From Polyangiaceae bacterium (GTDB lineage Bacteria; Myxococcota_A; Polyangia; Polyangiales; Polyangiaceae): a stretch of DNA of 64,000 nt. The stretch covers positions 1 through 64,000 of the forward strand of contig JAPSGB010000015.1 in assembly GCA_035063585.1 (NCBI GenBank). The letters are read 5' to 3'. The notes under the pieces were generated by a model. The model did not search any database. It was not told where the DNA came from and was given only the letters and a program-made list of their open reading frames with translations. Within the stretch, counting starts at the first letter, position 1. The number at the start of each line of letters is the position of its first letter. Both the position numbers and the translations under genes were made by a program. Shown in pieces: positions 48,867 to 58,459 of this stretch.

Positions 48867-51035
48867 TCAGAGGGCCTTGGCCCATCGCGCGGCGCAGCCC
48901 AAGACCCAGGCCTCGAACGTGGCGGCGTCGGGCAGCGCGCTACGGGTGACCTGGACCGTCACGCGGCCCGGGCTCACGCGGAGGGCGGTCACCGGGGGAC
49001 CGAAGACGCTCGCGTGCCAGGGGCCGCTCGGCGGCGGCTGCGAGCCGAAGAGGCGCGAGAGCAGCCCCGGCGCCTCGGACGGCTCAGGCTCCGGTTCGGG
49101 CGCGGGAGACTCGGCGGCCGCAATCGACACCTCGTACAAGGTCACGCCGCGAGGCACGACGCGCAGGTGCATCCGGACGCCGGCGCGCTCGACGTGCACG
49201 CCGCAGCCGTCGTCGTCGAGCAGCGCGCCGGGCGCGTCGCGGTAGGGGGTCTGGACCGCGCGCCCGCCGATCTCGTGGAGCAGGGCGCGGACGGGCGCGA
49301 GCTCGTCCGAGCGGGCGCGCTGCCGGGTGAGGGCAGGTGAGGGCGGCACCGCGCGGAGCTCGGCCGAGCCGTCCTCGAAGCCGATGGCGACACGCTCGCG
49401 GCCCGCGCGGTGGACCGAGCACACCGGGCGATCGCACTCGATGGTCGCGGCGTCGCCGCCGTCGAGATCGAGGACGTCGACCTGGCTCGCGCCGAACGGC
49501 ACCGTCGCGACGCGCCGGTCCTCGAGCATCGCCAGGCTCTCCAGCAGCGGCGACCTCAGCGAGGCGACGATCGAGCCGTCCGGGACGCGGAGCACTTCGA
49601 CGATGCCGGTCGTGTGGTGGGCGAGGTGCGGCGCGTCCGGCGCGAACGACGGGTGACCCTTGGACGGCCGCGTGAGCGTGGCCGCCCCGGAGTCGCAGTC
49701 GAACACGACGAGCTCGCCGGCGCGCGCGACGGCGGCGAACGCGCCGTCCTTGGAGACCGCAAGCCCGACGCGCTCGACGTCGAACGTGGCGGGGCGATCG
49801 CGGAGCACCTTCCGCTCGACGCCTGCCCCGTCGCAGAGCGCCACCCGCCCCGACGCGGTCGCGACCACGAGGTCGTCGCCGGCGTACGCGGCGGCGATTG
49901 TCCCGCTGCCGAGCTTGGTCTCGTCGTGAAGCTCGCCCGTGCGCGCGTCGTAGATGCGGACCGTGCCGTCGCTCGCCGTGGCGACGCGCCCGGACCCGCG
50001 CGAGATCGACACGGAGTCGAGCGGCATCGCGGCGTCTCCTTCCAGCGTCCGGACGTGCGTCCCGTCGAGCGTCCAGACGTGGGCGGCGTCGTCGAAGCAC
50101 GCGGCCGTCACGAGAAAGGTCGCGTCGGGCGCGACCGCGATCGCCGAGACGCCGTCGTCGTGCCCCGGCGGGCGCTCCGCCCACGTCCCCGCGGCCGGAT
50201 CGACGAGGTGAACGGCGTGGTGCCGCGAGAGCGCGACGCGATCCCCGACGAACGCGACGTGGCTCCACGAGCCGCGTCGCTCCACGGTAAAGAGCTCGCG
50301 CCCGTCGAGGTCGAGGACGTGAAGCCCGTCGTACCGCGCGAGCGCGATGCGCGACCCGTCGGCCGAAATGGCGAGATCGTCGAAGTCGCCGACCCGCGCG
50401 CTGCGCTCGACCGCGCCGTCGATCGTGACGAGCAGGATCTCACGGCTCACGTCGCGCGCGACCAGGACCTTCGTGGGGTCGGGCAGGCAGAGCACGCGTA
50501 CGCCCGCCCCGCTGCTGGGCACCGGGAGATCGCGTCGCTTGCCCGTCGCCAGCTCGACGACCTGGGCACGCCCGTCCCAGCCCACCGCGAGGCGCGCGCC
50601 GTCATGCGAGAAGGCGAGCGACCGCACCTCCGGCTCGATCCCTACCACGGTGCGAACGACCTCGCCGGCCGGGCTCAGCACAGAAGCCCCGCCGTCTTCG
50701 GTCTTCACCGCGACGAAACCCGTCGCGCGGCAGATCGCCACAGGCGTGTGCATGCTCCGGCCGACGACCTCCATGGCGCCGTCGTGAAACCGCCAGCGGT
50801 ACAGCGCGCCATAGGCCAAGAGCAGCGCGTCGCCCTCGAAGACCAGGCCGTAGGCCCCCTCGGTGGTGTGCGCCACGACCCGCGATGACGCGGCGTCCCA
50901 GACGGTCGTGCCGCGCGCGGACCCCGCGGCGAGGAGCGCGCCGTCCGGCGACGCTGCGATCGCGTTCACGTCGTCAGCGAGGTGAAGCAGGTCGTGGCCG
51001 AAGCGCGGCAATTCTACTCTCCGGTCAAGGCGCAC
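48867..51035 (-). CDS. WD40-repeat protein
   Basis: Repeated blades: VNAIAASPDG, VRSLAFSHDG, GHDDGVSAIAVAPD, DGTVRIYD. Start codon uncertain. Confidence 0.82.
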   Translation of the reverse strand: MRLDRRVELPRFGHDLLHLADDVNAIAASPDGALLAAGSARGTTVWDAASSRVVAHTTEGAYGLVFEGDALLLAYGALYRWRFHDGAMEVVGRSMHTPVAICRATGFVAVKTEDGGASVLSPAGEVVRTVVGIEPEVRSLAFSHDGARLAVGWDGRAQVVELATGKRRDLPVPSSGAGVRVLCLPDPTKVLVARDVSREILLVTIDGAVERSARVGDFDDLAISADGSRIALARYDGLHVLDLDGRELFTVERRGSWSHVAFVGDRVALSRHHAVHLVDPAAGTWAERPPGHDDGVSAIAVAPDATFLVTAACFDDAAHVWTLDGTHVRTLEGDAAMPLDSVSISRGSGRVATASDGTVRIYDARTGELHDETKLGSGTIAAAYAGDDLVVATASGRVALCDGAGVERKVLRDRPATFDVERVGLAVSKDGAFAAVARAGELVVFDCDSGAATLTRPSKGHPSFAPDAPHLAHHTTGIVEVLRVPDGSIVASLRSPLLESLAMLEDRRVATVPFGASQVDVLDLDGGDAATIECDRPVCSVHRAGRERVAIGFEDGSAELRAVPPSPALTRQRARSDELAPVRALLHEIGGRAVQTPYRDAPGALLDDDGCGVHVERAGVRMHLRVVPRGVTLYEVSIAAAESPAPEPEPEPSEAPGLLSRLFGSQPPPSGPWHASVFGPPVTALRVSPGRVTVQVTRSALPDAATFEAWVLGCAARWAKAL

Positions 51036-51510
51036 CTGGAAGGTTGCCGCCCACGCTCGGCGAGCGTGAAGCTCGCCATCTGCTGGAGTCGCCGCGGCGA
51101 CCGAATCCGCTCATGCTAACGGCGCGCCCGCTCTCGCGTCCACTGCGCGCGAGATCTCCGGTCATCGGTGCATCACCAGCGCCGCTCCGCCGGAACCGCC
51201 CGTGGCGCCGCCGCGTCGTTGTCCGCCCCGCGGGACGCACCCAAGCGGGCTGTCTGCGTGCGACCCCGAGTCGCGCAGACCGGCGCTCGGTCGAGCGCGG
51301 TGACTTGCGGCGTCCTCATGGACCGAAGGATGCCGGTCCGGCGCGGAGCAGCGGGTGGCCGACAGCGCGGCGTGAGGCAGCAAGGCCGTCGCGTGGCCCG
51401 CGACGGCTACGGCTGCACCGAAGGGCAGCGCGCCGTTCGAGCGGCGAGCGCGACCACGCACTGACGACGCGCCGCCAGCGAGCAGCTGGCCACGTGCGAC
51501 CGCCACCAGG

Positions 51511-53121
51511 TTAGTTGGGCGGATACGACTCGTGGTCAAACTCCGCGCCGACGACCGCCACGGCGTGCAGGTCGTCGCTCACGCGCACGATGACGTCACA
51601 GAGCTCGAGTTTGGCCACCCATTCAGGAGGGAGACGCTCCTCGCCCCACGCGGCGCCCAGCAGATTGCCGGCGAGGCTCGCCGTGCTGTCGCTATCGCCG
51701 CCATGAGCCGCGGCGCGCCAGAGCGCAGCCCTCATCGCGCCCCGGCCGGGCCTCCCCGCGCTGAGCACGCACGCGAGCGCGATGGCGAGCGCTTCCTCGG
51801 CCACCCACCCGCCGCCCAAAGACTCGATGCTCTCGGCGCTCGGAGCGCCGCCGGCGGCGACCGCGCGGGCCCTGTCGACCGCAGCGCGCACCTCTTCGAA
51901 GCCGCGCTCGCGCGCGAGCAGCCGGTCGGCGTGGGCCAGCGCGGACGCAAGCCCCACGCCCCGCGAAAGATCGTGGACCAGCGCCGCGAAGTACGCGGCC
52001 GCGAGGTAGCCGCTCGGGTGGCCGTGCGTCGTCAGCGCAGAGTCGCGCGCGCTCTCGAAGGCTCGTTCGCGCGTGCTCGCCGCGAGCCCGAAGGGCGCAG
52101 AGCGCATGATGGCGCCGCAGCCCTTGCTGTGGTTGGGCGCGGCTTCGAGCGTGGGAGTCCAGAAGCGTCTCGCTTGCTGGCCGAGGGCCCCGAGGTTCGT
52201 TGTGCCGGGAGCGCGTCGCACGTGCAGGCGCCGGTCCCCGATGAGCCACCCCGACTCGCCGGACGGCACGACCATGAGCCCGGGCGTCTGCGTCGCCCGC
52301 CACCGCAGCAGGGCCCGCTGCACGACGTTCACGACCGACGCGATCCCGCGGTCGTTCCAGCGTTGGATGGCGCGGATCACGCCCTCGGCGACGAACAGGG
52401 TCATCTGCGTGTCGTCCGAGACGTGCGCACCCGGGGATACCGCGCCGGACCGGAGCTCGATCGAAGCGCGTGGCTCGAACTCGATGGGATAGCCGAGGGC
52501 GTCGCCGAGCGCGCCGGCGAGCAGCGCGCCGCGGAAGCGAGACACCGACGGAACGCGTGCGATTGTCGCCGTGCGCGTGGCGCGTGCGGCATAGTCCGCG
52601 AGATAGCGCTCTTGCGCTGGCGTCTCGACGGCGCCCGGGCGCGCGGCGCGAGCCGCTCGGAGCGCGCTGGCGGGCGTGTGGCCGCGGGTGACGAGGCAGG
52701 CCGCGGCGACGAGCCCGGTGCGTCCCAGGCCTCCGCGGCAATGGATGACGATGTTCCAGCCGTCGGTCGCGCGCGCGACGATGTCGGCGACGAGCGCGTC
52801 GAAGGTCGCGCTCGACGCCGGCACGCCGCCGTCGGCGATCGGGAAGCGTACGAGGTCGAGGCCGTGACGGGCACACGCGGCGGGCAGCGCGCCGATGCCG
52901 AGGGCGTCGAGCTCGTGATCCTCGACCAACGAGACGAGCACGCCCGCGCGAAATACGTTCCGGATTCGGTCGAGGTCCGCTTCCAGGGATCGATCCCACC
53001 GGCCGCTCGCGCCGGGCGCCTTCTTGCCCGGCGCCAGGGTCATGCCCACCCGACCGCGCAGGTCGAGCGCGGCGACCGGGAGGAAGTCCACGCGGAGCGG
53101 GCTGGTTTCGGAGGTCTTCAT
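51511..53121 (-). CDS. Fusion of CDKN3-like protein phosphatase and ADP-ribosylglycohydrolase
   Basis: Start MKTSETSPL. PIADG and HCRGGLGRTG (CX5R), RPGAVET; then GDALG, SDDTQMT, GCGAIMR, THGHP, GDSDST. Confidence 0.9.
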   Translation of the reverse strand: MKTSETSPLRVDFLPVAALDLRGRVGMTLAPGKKAPGASGRWDRSLEADLDRIRNVFRAGVLVSLVEDHELDALGIGALPAACARHGLDLVRFPIADGGVPASSATFDALVADIVARATDGWNIVIHCRGGLGRTGLVAAACLVTRGHTPASALRAARAARPGAVETPAQERYLADYAARATRTATIARVPSVSRFRGALLAGALGDALGYPIEFEPRASIELRSGAVSPGAHVSDDTQMTLFVAEGVIRAIQRWNDRGIASVVNVVQRALLRWRATQTPGLMVVPSGESGWLIGDRRLHVRRAPGTTNLGALGQQARRFWTPTLEAAPNHSKGCGAIMRSAPFGLAASTRERAFESARDSALTTHGHPSGYLAAAYFAALVHDLSRGVGLASALAHADRLLARERGFEEVRAAVDRARAVAAGGAPSAESIESLGGGWVAEEALAIALACVLSAGRPGRGAMRAALWRAAAHGGDSDSTASLAGNLLGAAWGEERLPPEWVAKLELCDVIVRVSDDLHAVAVVGAEFDHESYPPN

Positions 53122-53329
53122 GGGCCTAATGGTGGTCCGCGGCTGCGACGTGTCTCGTCGCACCCGAGACGGAGCCCTTCGACTCGACGCGCGCGAGCCC
53201 GCGGCGCAGCACCGCGGGGTGGTGGGCGGCCAGGTGCGCGATCTCGCAGGTGATGAGCGCTCGTGCGGTCGCGTGGCTCTTCGAGAAGGTGCAGGCCACG
53301 AGCTCGAGGTCCGCGAGCGGCCCGGTCCG

Positions 53330-53860
53330 ACGACGGGGCGGCGCACGCATCAGGCGCGGCCGCATGCCGCACCCGACTTCGTGACCGAGGGCCGTGCCGC
53401 CATCCTCCTTGGCAAGCCCGGTCGCGGCACGACGCACCTCGCGATCGCCATCGCGTGCAGGGCGCTGCAGAACGGATTCGACGCGCGGTTCGCTACCGCC
53501 GCCGAGCTCATCGATGAACTCTCCGTCGCGAGTCGCGCAGGCCGCATGCGCGACGCTCTCGCCCCCTACTTGGGCCCACACGTGCTAGTCGCGGACGAGG
53601 TCGGCTAGTCGAGCTACGGCGCCGACGCGGCCAACGTCCTCTACCACGTGGTCGACGAGCGCCACATCAGGCGACGCGCCATGGTGTCACCACGAACAAG
53701 CCCTCCAAGCGCTGGGGCGAGGTGCTTCACGCGGACGACCTGGCCGACCCCATCGCCGATCGTATCCTCGAGCGAGGTCGCCTCCTACGCCTCGACGGCC
53801 CGTCCGTAAGGACCAAGCACATCCCCGTCGACGAGCGCGCCGGCGGCGAACAGGTTGACC
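53330..53860 (+). pseudogene. istB: IS21-family helper ATPase IstB, disrupted
   Basis: GKPGRGTTHLAIAI (Walker A Lys lost), LVADEVG then a TAG stop, frameshift before TTNKP, DRILERG..LDGPSVR. Confidence 0.88.
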
Positions 53861-53867
53861 CGGGAAA

Positions 53868-53913
53868 CCGTAGATTTTCCGGAATCGCCGCCGCAGAATT
53901 TCCGGAACGCACA
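53868..53913 (+). mobile_element. IS21-type right end
   Basis: Two repeated boxes AGATTTTCCGGAA and AGAATTTCCGGAA followed by terminal ..GCACA. Confidence 0.7.
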
Positions 53914-54070
53914 TGGTTCGCATCAGCTCGGCCCCAGGAGGAATGCTCGCAAGCAAGACGAGCTTCCTCCTCAGGTCTGCCAGTGCCACATCGCGCTCTG
54001 CGCAGGCTTCCGCGTAGCGCCGTTGCGCAACGAGCTGCGCCTCAATCGTGCGCCACAGATCGCAACGAAG

Positions 54071-54218
54071 GAGCCTAGGTGATCCAATGCCGTTCGCGAT
54101 CGCGACGAGCGCGCCGGGGCGCGCCCGTCATACGGTCCGGACACCGTGGCACGCCGGTAGAAGCCCAGCATCGTCTTACCTGATCGCGGCTGATGCGATT
54201 TCACGCGCTGGGCCGCTG
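54071..54218. repeat. 148-bp dispersed repeat, copy 1 (IS-end or MITE-like)
   Basis: Ungapped manual alignment to 56132-56279 with about 16 mismatches; begins GAGCCTAG. Confidence 0.9.
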
Positions 54219-54731
54219 AGCGCCGTAGTCGATGAAGGTGACGTCCGGCGAGGTCGCGCCGTTCTCGTAGCTGACGACGAGCTCGCCCTCGACGCGGGTG
54301 CTGCTCGCGTCCCACTGCCCGCGGTTCTCGAACACGCTCATGGTGCGGAGCGCCTCCGGGTGTGCGTCGAGATCGCGCAGGGGCGCGGAGTAGTCGAAGG
54401 GCAGGTAGCTGTCGCCGTAGGTGACCCGGAAGGTCGGCTCCGGGAGCGGCAGCGCGCGCCGGAGCGCGCCGGCCGTGCCCAGCAGCTTGGGCCCGTCCTC
54501 CGAGTACTCGGCGATCAGGCCGAACGCAGCGCCGCCCGCCACCAGCTCGCGGAGCTGCTCACCCAGGCGCCCGATGCAGAGCAGCACCCGGGAGTAGCCC
54601 GAGCGCGCCAGCGCCTCGAGCTGCCAGGCGAAGAACGGACGCCCGGCGACCTCGAGCATCGACTTGGGCAGCGTCAGCGTGCGCGGTCGCGTCCGCGTCG
54701 CCAGTCCGCCGGCCAAGGCCACCGCTTGCAC
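54201..54731 (-). pseudogene. Sugar-phosphate nucleotidyltransferase, 3'-truncated
   Basis: AVALAGGLATR..LPKSM, LLGTAGAL, TYGDSY, FIDYG; the frame then enters the 148-bp repeat and stops. Confidence 0.78.
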
Positions 54732-54777
54732 GCCGGACGCCTATCACGCCGCGGTCGTTCCAGGGTATTTTGGTCCA

Positions 54778-56064
54778 ATGACCCGGGTCCACGAAGCCGA
54801 CGCGGTGCCGTGTCCCGGCTGCGGCGGCCCGCTCGCGGTGGACGCCGCGTCGCCGTACTCGCGGTGCCGGGCCTGTCACGCCTGGCAGCCGGTCCCCGAC
54901 CAGGTGCGCCGCGCAACCTGGGAGCGCCGGCACGCGCTCGCGAGCGCCCGCGCGGCGCACGCTGAAGAACAGCAGCTGGCGCGGCAGAAGAGCTCGGCAG
55001 CGGCGAGCGAGCAGCTCAAGGGCCGCGCGCTCACGGCGGTGTTGTTCGGCGGCGCGGCCTTCTTCGTGCTGCCGACGCTCGCTTCACTCGCGCTGTACCT
55101 CGTCGCCGCCGTCCTCACCGCGTTCGAGGAGCTCGAGCTCTGGGCCGCCATCCTACTCACCGCGGTGTCCGGTGCCGCGGCGCTGAGCTTCTTCGCGGCC
55201 TTTCTGGGCGTGTGTGTGTTCCTGTACCGTCGCGCCACGCGGCACCGGCGCTGGAGACGCCTGGGGTCCGACCCGGAGTGGTACGGGCACGAGCGCGGTC
55301 AGGATCGGCTGCCGCTCACCTGCTGCGGCGAGTGCGGCGCGCCGCTCTCGTTCCGCGCGGGCGAGCAGGTGGTCGAGTGCGGGTACTGCCGCTCGGTGGT
55401 GATCGCGCCGGAGGAGCACGCGGACAGCGTGTTCTCCCTGGCGCTCTCCGAGCTACAGCTCGCCCGTCGCGCGCGCGCCCGGGCGGAGCGGGCGCTGCTC
55501 CGCGCGCGCGTCGCCACGCAGCGTCGCGCCGTGGTGATCCGCACCTGGTTCGTGGTCGGAAGCCTGGCGCTCCTGGCCGTGCCGGTGCTCGCCTTCGGCT
55601 ACGCCCTTCGCGCGCTGACTCCCAGCCTGGAAGAGGCGATGCTCTCGCTCAGCAGACGACTGCGCGGCGAGTTCGGCTCCGGCCTCGAGCCGCCCTTCGA
55701 CTGGCTCGACCGCTACTGGATAGGCGAGACCCCGCCCACGTTCGAGACGCAGGGCACCTTCACCAGCCGCTGGTCCATCTCCGTCGCGTTCCACGGCCGA
55801 CCCGTGCTCCTGAGCGTGCTGGCGTCGTGGACCGATCTGTGGGCGAAGGAGGCGGTGCTGGTGCTGGCGTCGCCGCGCGAGCGCGACGCGCGCCGCGTGA
55901 TGCTCTCCGCCGCAGCGCGCAGCGTGCAGGCCATGGGCTGGCAGATCTACGTGGACTATCCCGGCATCGCCCTGGTCGCGGACGATCATGCGAGGAGGAC
56001 GCTGACGGTCGAGACCGTGACGGCGCTGGCCAAGGCGGCGTACGAGCTGGCGGAGGAGCGCTGA
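54778..56064 (+). CDS. Membrane protein with two Zn-ribbon domains
   Basis: CPGCG..CRAC, 2 TM, CGECGAPL..CGYC, TM, C-terminal domain. Confidence 0.8.
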   Translation: MTRVHEADAVPCPGCGGPLAVDAASPYSRCRACHAWQPVPDQVRRATWERRHALASARAAHAEEQQLARQKSSAAASEQLKGRALTAVLFGGAAFFVLPTLASLALYLVAAVLTAFEELELWAAILLTAVSGAAALSFFAAFLGVCVFLYRRATRHRRWRRLGSDPEWYGHERGQDRLPLTCCGECGAPLSFRAGEQVVECGYCRSVVIAPEEHADSVFSLALSELQLARRARARAERALLRARVATQRRAVVIRTWFVVGSLALLAVPVLAFGYALRALTPSLEEAMLSLSRRLRGEFGSGLEPPFDWLDRYWIGETPPTFETQGTFTSRWSISVAFHGRPVLLSVLASWTDLWAKEAVLVLASPRERDARRVMLSAAARSVQAMGWQIYVDYPGIALVADDHARRTLTVETVTALAKAAYELAEER

Positions 56065-56131
56065 GCGAGGCTCTCTACCCTCCGTCCGGCGTGCCCGCGT
56101 CCGGCGGAGTCTTGCCGCAGAGCGCGATCTC

Positions 56132-56279
56132 GAGCCTAGGTGATCCAACCCCGTTCGCGATCGCGACGAGCGCGACGGGGCGCGCCCGCCATGCGGGCCG
56201 GATACCGTGGCACGCGGGTAGAAGTCCCGAATCGTTCCACATGATCGCGACTGATGCGATTTCACGCGCTGGGCCGCTG
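56132..56279. repeat. 148-bp dispersed repeat, copy 2
   Basis: Same orientation as copy 1 at 54071-54218. Confidence 0.9.
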
Positions 56280-56283
56280 GTGC

Positions 56284-56326
56284 GTCTACGGTGCACGTAA
56301 CGTGTGGAAGCAGCTGCTCCGCGAGC
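56284..56326 (+). pseudogene. Tiny IS3-family transposase remnant
   Basis: Translates VYGARNVWKQLLRE, matching the IS3 OrfB YG.RK.W..L.RE block; very short. Confidence 0.5.
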
Positions 56327-56480
56327 CATTCACACGGGGTCGCGTAAGTGCGCCCCGCACTCTTGACTGCGGCCCCTGAGTGTTGGCGTAGGCAGTCATG
56401 GTCGCTCTCCTTCGGGGCCATATCAGCGGCGCCGCGGCCGACATCCTGACCCTCACGCCGCCACTCGTCGTGCACGCAGC

Positions 56481-57185
56481 CTACGAAGCGACCTGGCGCA
56501 GCACGATCGCGAGCAGCGCGATGGATCCGCCGATGACGAGCGCCAGACCGAAGGCGCCGAGGGCGAGCATCGTACGGCGCGCTCGCAGCTTGCGGACTGC
56601 CTCGTCGAGCGTGCTCATCGCCACGGCGAGGCTCGCCGTGAGCGCATGGGCAGGGAGGTCTTCCAGCAGGCTGTCGGCGCCGCAATAGCCGCAGGTCGCC
56701 GCGAGCGCGCCCGGCTCGGGAGCGAGCGGCGCGTCGCACTGGCGACACGTCACGACGTCTTGCCTTCTTCGGGCCGTGAGCGCCTCGGTAAACCGCATCG
56801 TGGTGCTCGAGACGGAGAAGGACCACAGCGCGAAAGCCGCGCCGGGGAGCAGCGCGGGCAGGCTGACGAACGCGGTCACCTCGACCTCTCCGAGCTCGAG
56901 CGCCGGCATGAGCCAGGCGACGAGGGTCGCGGCCGGCGGCAAGAGCGCGGTCACCGCAAGCGCCGTCGGAATGGCCCAGCTCGGAGCGCTGGCCGAGAGC
57001 GTGCGCCAGAGCGGCTCCGCCGGACGGCGCGCCTCCTGCTCGCGCAAGCGCAGCTCGGCCGCTCGTACGTAGTCCGGCGGGAGGCTGCACATGGTGCCGC
57101 AATAAGGACAACGGACCTGCGGCGCGGGAACCGACAGCGGGAGCGTCGCGCCGCAGTTCGTGCAGAAGACCGGAGCGAGCTTCAC
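56481..57185 (-). CDS. Membrane protein with two Zn-ribbon domains (same architecture as 54778..56064)
   Basis: GTG at 57185 overlaps the upstream stop; CTNCGATL..CPYCG, 2 TM, CRQCDAPL..CGYCG, C-terminal TM. Confidence 0.8.
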   Translation of the reverse strand: MKLAPVFCTNCGATLPLSVPAPQVRCPYCGTMCSLPPDYVRAAELRLREQEARRPAEPLWRTLSASAPSWAIPTALAVTALLPPAATLVAWLMPALELGEVEVTAFVSLPALLPGAAFALWSFSVSSTTMRFTEALTARRRQDVVTCRQCDAPLAPEPGALAATCGYCGADSLLEDLPAHALTASLAVAMSTLDEAVRKLRARRTMLALGAFGLALVIGGSIALLAIVLRQVAS

Positions 57186-58210
57186 CGTGCGCCCCCTTCG
57201 ACAAGGCGGTAGCGCACCTTGAAAGTGCAGTGCCCGTGCCCCACCGGGTACGTGTAATCGAGCTGTACCGGCTCGTCGGCTGCGAGCCTCAGTACACGCG
57301 TCCGTGTCTCGTTCCCCTTGTCGTACAGCGCAATTCCGAGGCGCTGTTGTTCCGATTCGCCGAGGAGCGGCGCCGGCCCGCCGCTCGGCGTGAGAAAACG
57401 AAGAGCGAAGCCGCAATCTGCCTTCGTATCGATCGCGTAGAGGCCCGCTCGAGGCGGTACGAGCTTCAACGTCGCCCCCTCCTGACAGTCGGTGAACGCC
57501 GCGTCGGTGACGCAGCGCCAATGCCACAGGTTCGCGCGCATCAGCTCTCTCTGGGGGCGCAGGCCGCCGAGTCCCATGCTGATGCCGAAGCTGAGCCCGA
57601 GCCCGAGGACGGCGGCGACCACGAAGCGCACGCTGCCCGCGGCCTCCGACGAGTCCGCCGCGCTCTCCGCGCGCGCCGCGAAATAGAACCGCGGCACCGC
57701 GGCGCCGAGCCCGACGAGCGCCGCGCCGGCGGCCAGAAAGAGACCCTGGACCGTCCAGTTCGCCTGCCCGACGTCGACGCCGTGGCGGTAGAGCACCACG
57801 CCGAGTGGCGCGAGCGTCGCGAAGACGAGCAGGTCGGCGACGGCGCGTGCGCCGTTGTGCTGCTCCGCCGCGAACTCCGCCGGGCGCCCGCCCGAGAGCA
57901 TGCCGAGCCAGCCGGACATCGGCGGACGGAACGCGCGGGCCACGACGAAGGAGATGCCCGCGAGCGCGACTACGGACAGGACGACGACGAGCCCGAAGCC
58001 GAGAATGGCCTGCCACCAAGTCTCCGAGCTCTCGAGCGTGGCCGCAAAGAAGGCGGCGATCACGAGGAAGCCGAGGGCGAGCCCCGGCAGGGCCGTGAGG
58101 CCGAGGGTCAGCTCGGCAAAGAAGGTCGCGACCACGCCGCGGCTCGCCGTGGCGATCCCCTCGCGCCCCTTCGTACGTTGCGCATCGCGACGTCGCTCGC
58201 GCTCGCTCAT
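57182..58210 (-). CDS. Hypothetical multi-TM protein with C-terminal Cys-containing soluble domain
   Basis: About 5 hydrophobic segments followed by a beta-rich domain with 4 Cys; coupled to the downstream gene. Confidence 0.7.
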   Translation of the reverse strand: MSERERRRDAQRTKGREGIATASRGVVATFFAELTLGLTALPGLALGFLVIAAFFAATLESSETWWQAILGFGLVVVLSVVALAGISFVVARAFRPPMSGWLGMLSGGRPAEFAAEQHNGARAVADLLVFATLAPLGVVLYRHGVDVGQANWTVQGLFLAAGAALVGLGAAVPRFYFAARAESAADSSEAAGSVRFVVAAVLGLGLSFGISMGLGGLRPQRELMRANLWHWRCVTDAAFTDCQEGATLKLVPPRAGLYAIDTKADCGFALRFLTPSGGPAPLLGESEQQRLGIALYDKGNETRTRVLRLAADEPVQLDYTYPVGHGHCTFKVRYRLVEGGAR

Positions 58211-58275
58211 CGGATCGTGTCGAGTACGACGCGCCAGACTCTCACACGCGCGGTCCGCCGACGCAAGCGCCGGGG

Positions 58276-58458
58276 TCACGCCTTCGCCGTGGCCTCGTCG
58301 TCGACGACCTTGTCGATGAGCGCGCGGATGAAGCGCCCCTGGTTCTCGGGCGACATGTTCACCCCGACCTCGGCGAAGTCACGGAGCGCTGCGACGAACC
58401 ACGTGTGGTCCTTCTTGGCGATCTCCAGCTCGGCGGCGTCGCGCTCGAAGTGTGCACG
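58276..58458 (-). pseudogene. Probable C-terminal fragment of a large serine recombinase
   Basis: MSPENQGRFIRALIDKVVDDE resembles the R..L.I.K/RV.V C-terminal block of large serine recombinases. Confidence 0.45.
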
Positions 58459-58459
58459 T

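Noticed and set aside
51040..51510. Short ORFs between the WD40 and phosphatase-ARH genes
   Set aside because: No motifs, RBS or consistent codon bias; treated as intergenic or decayed DNA.
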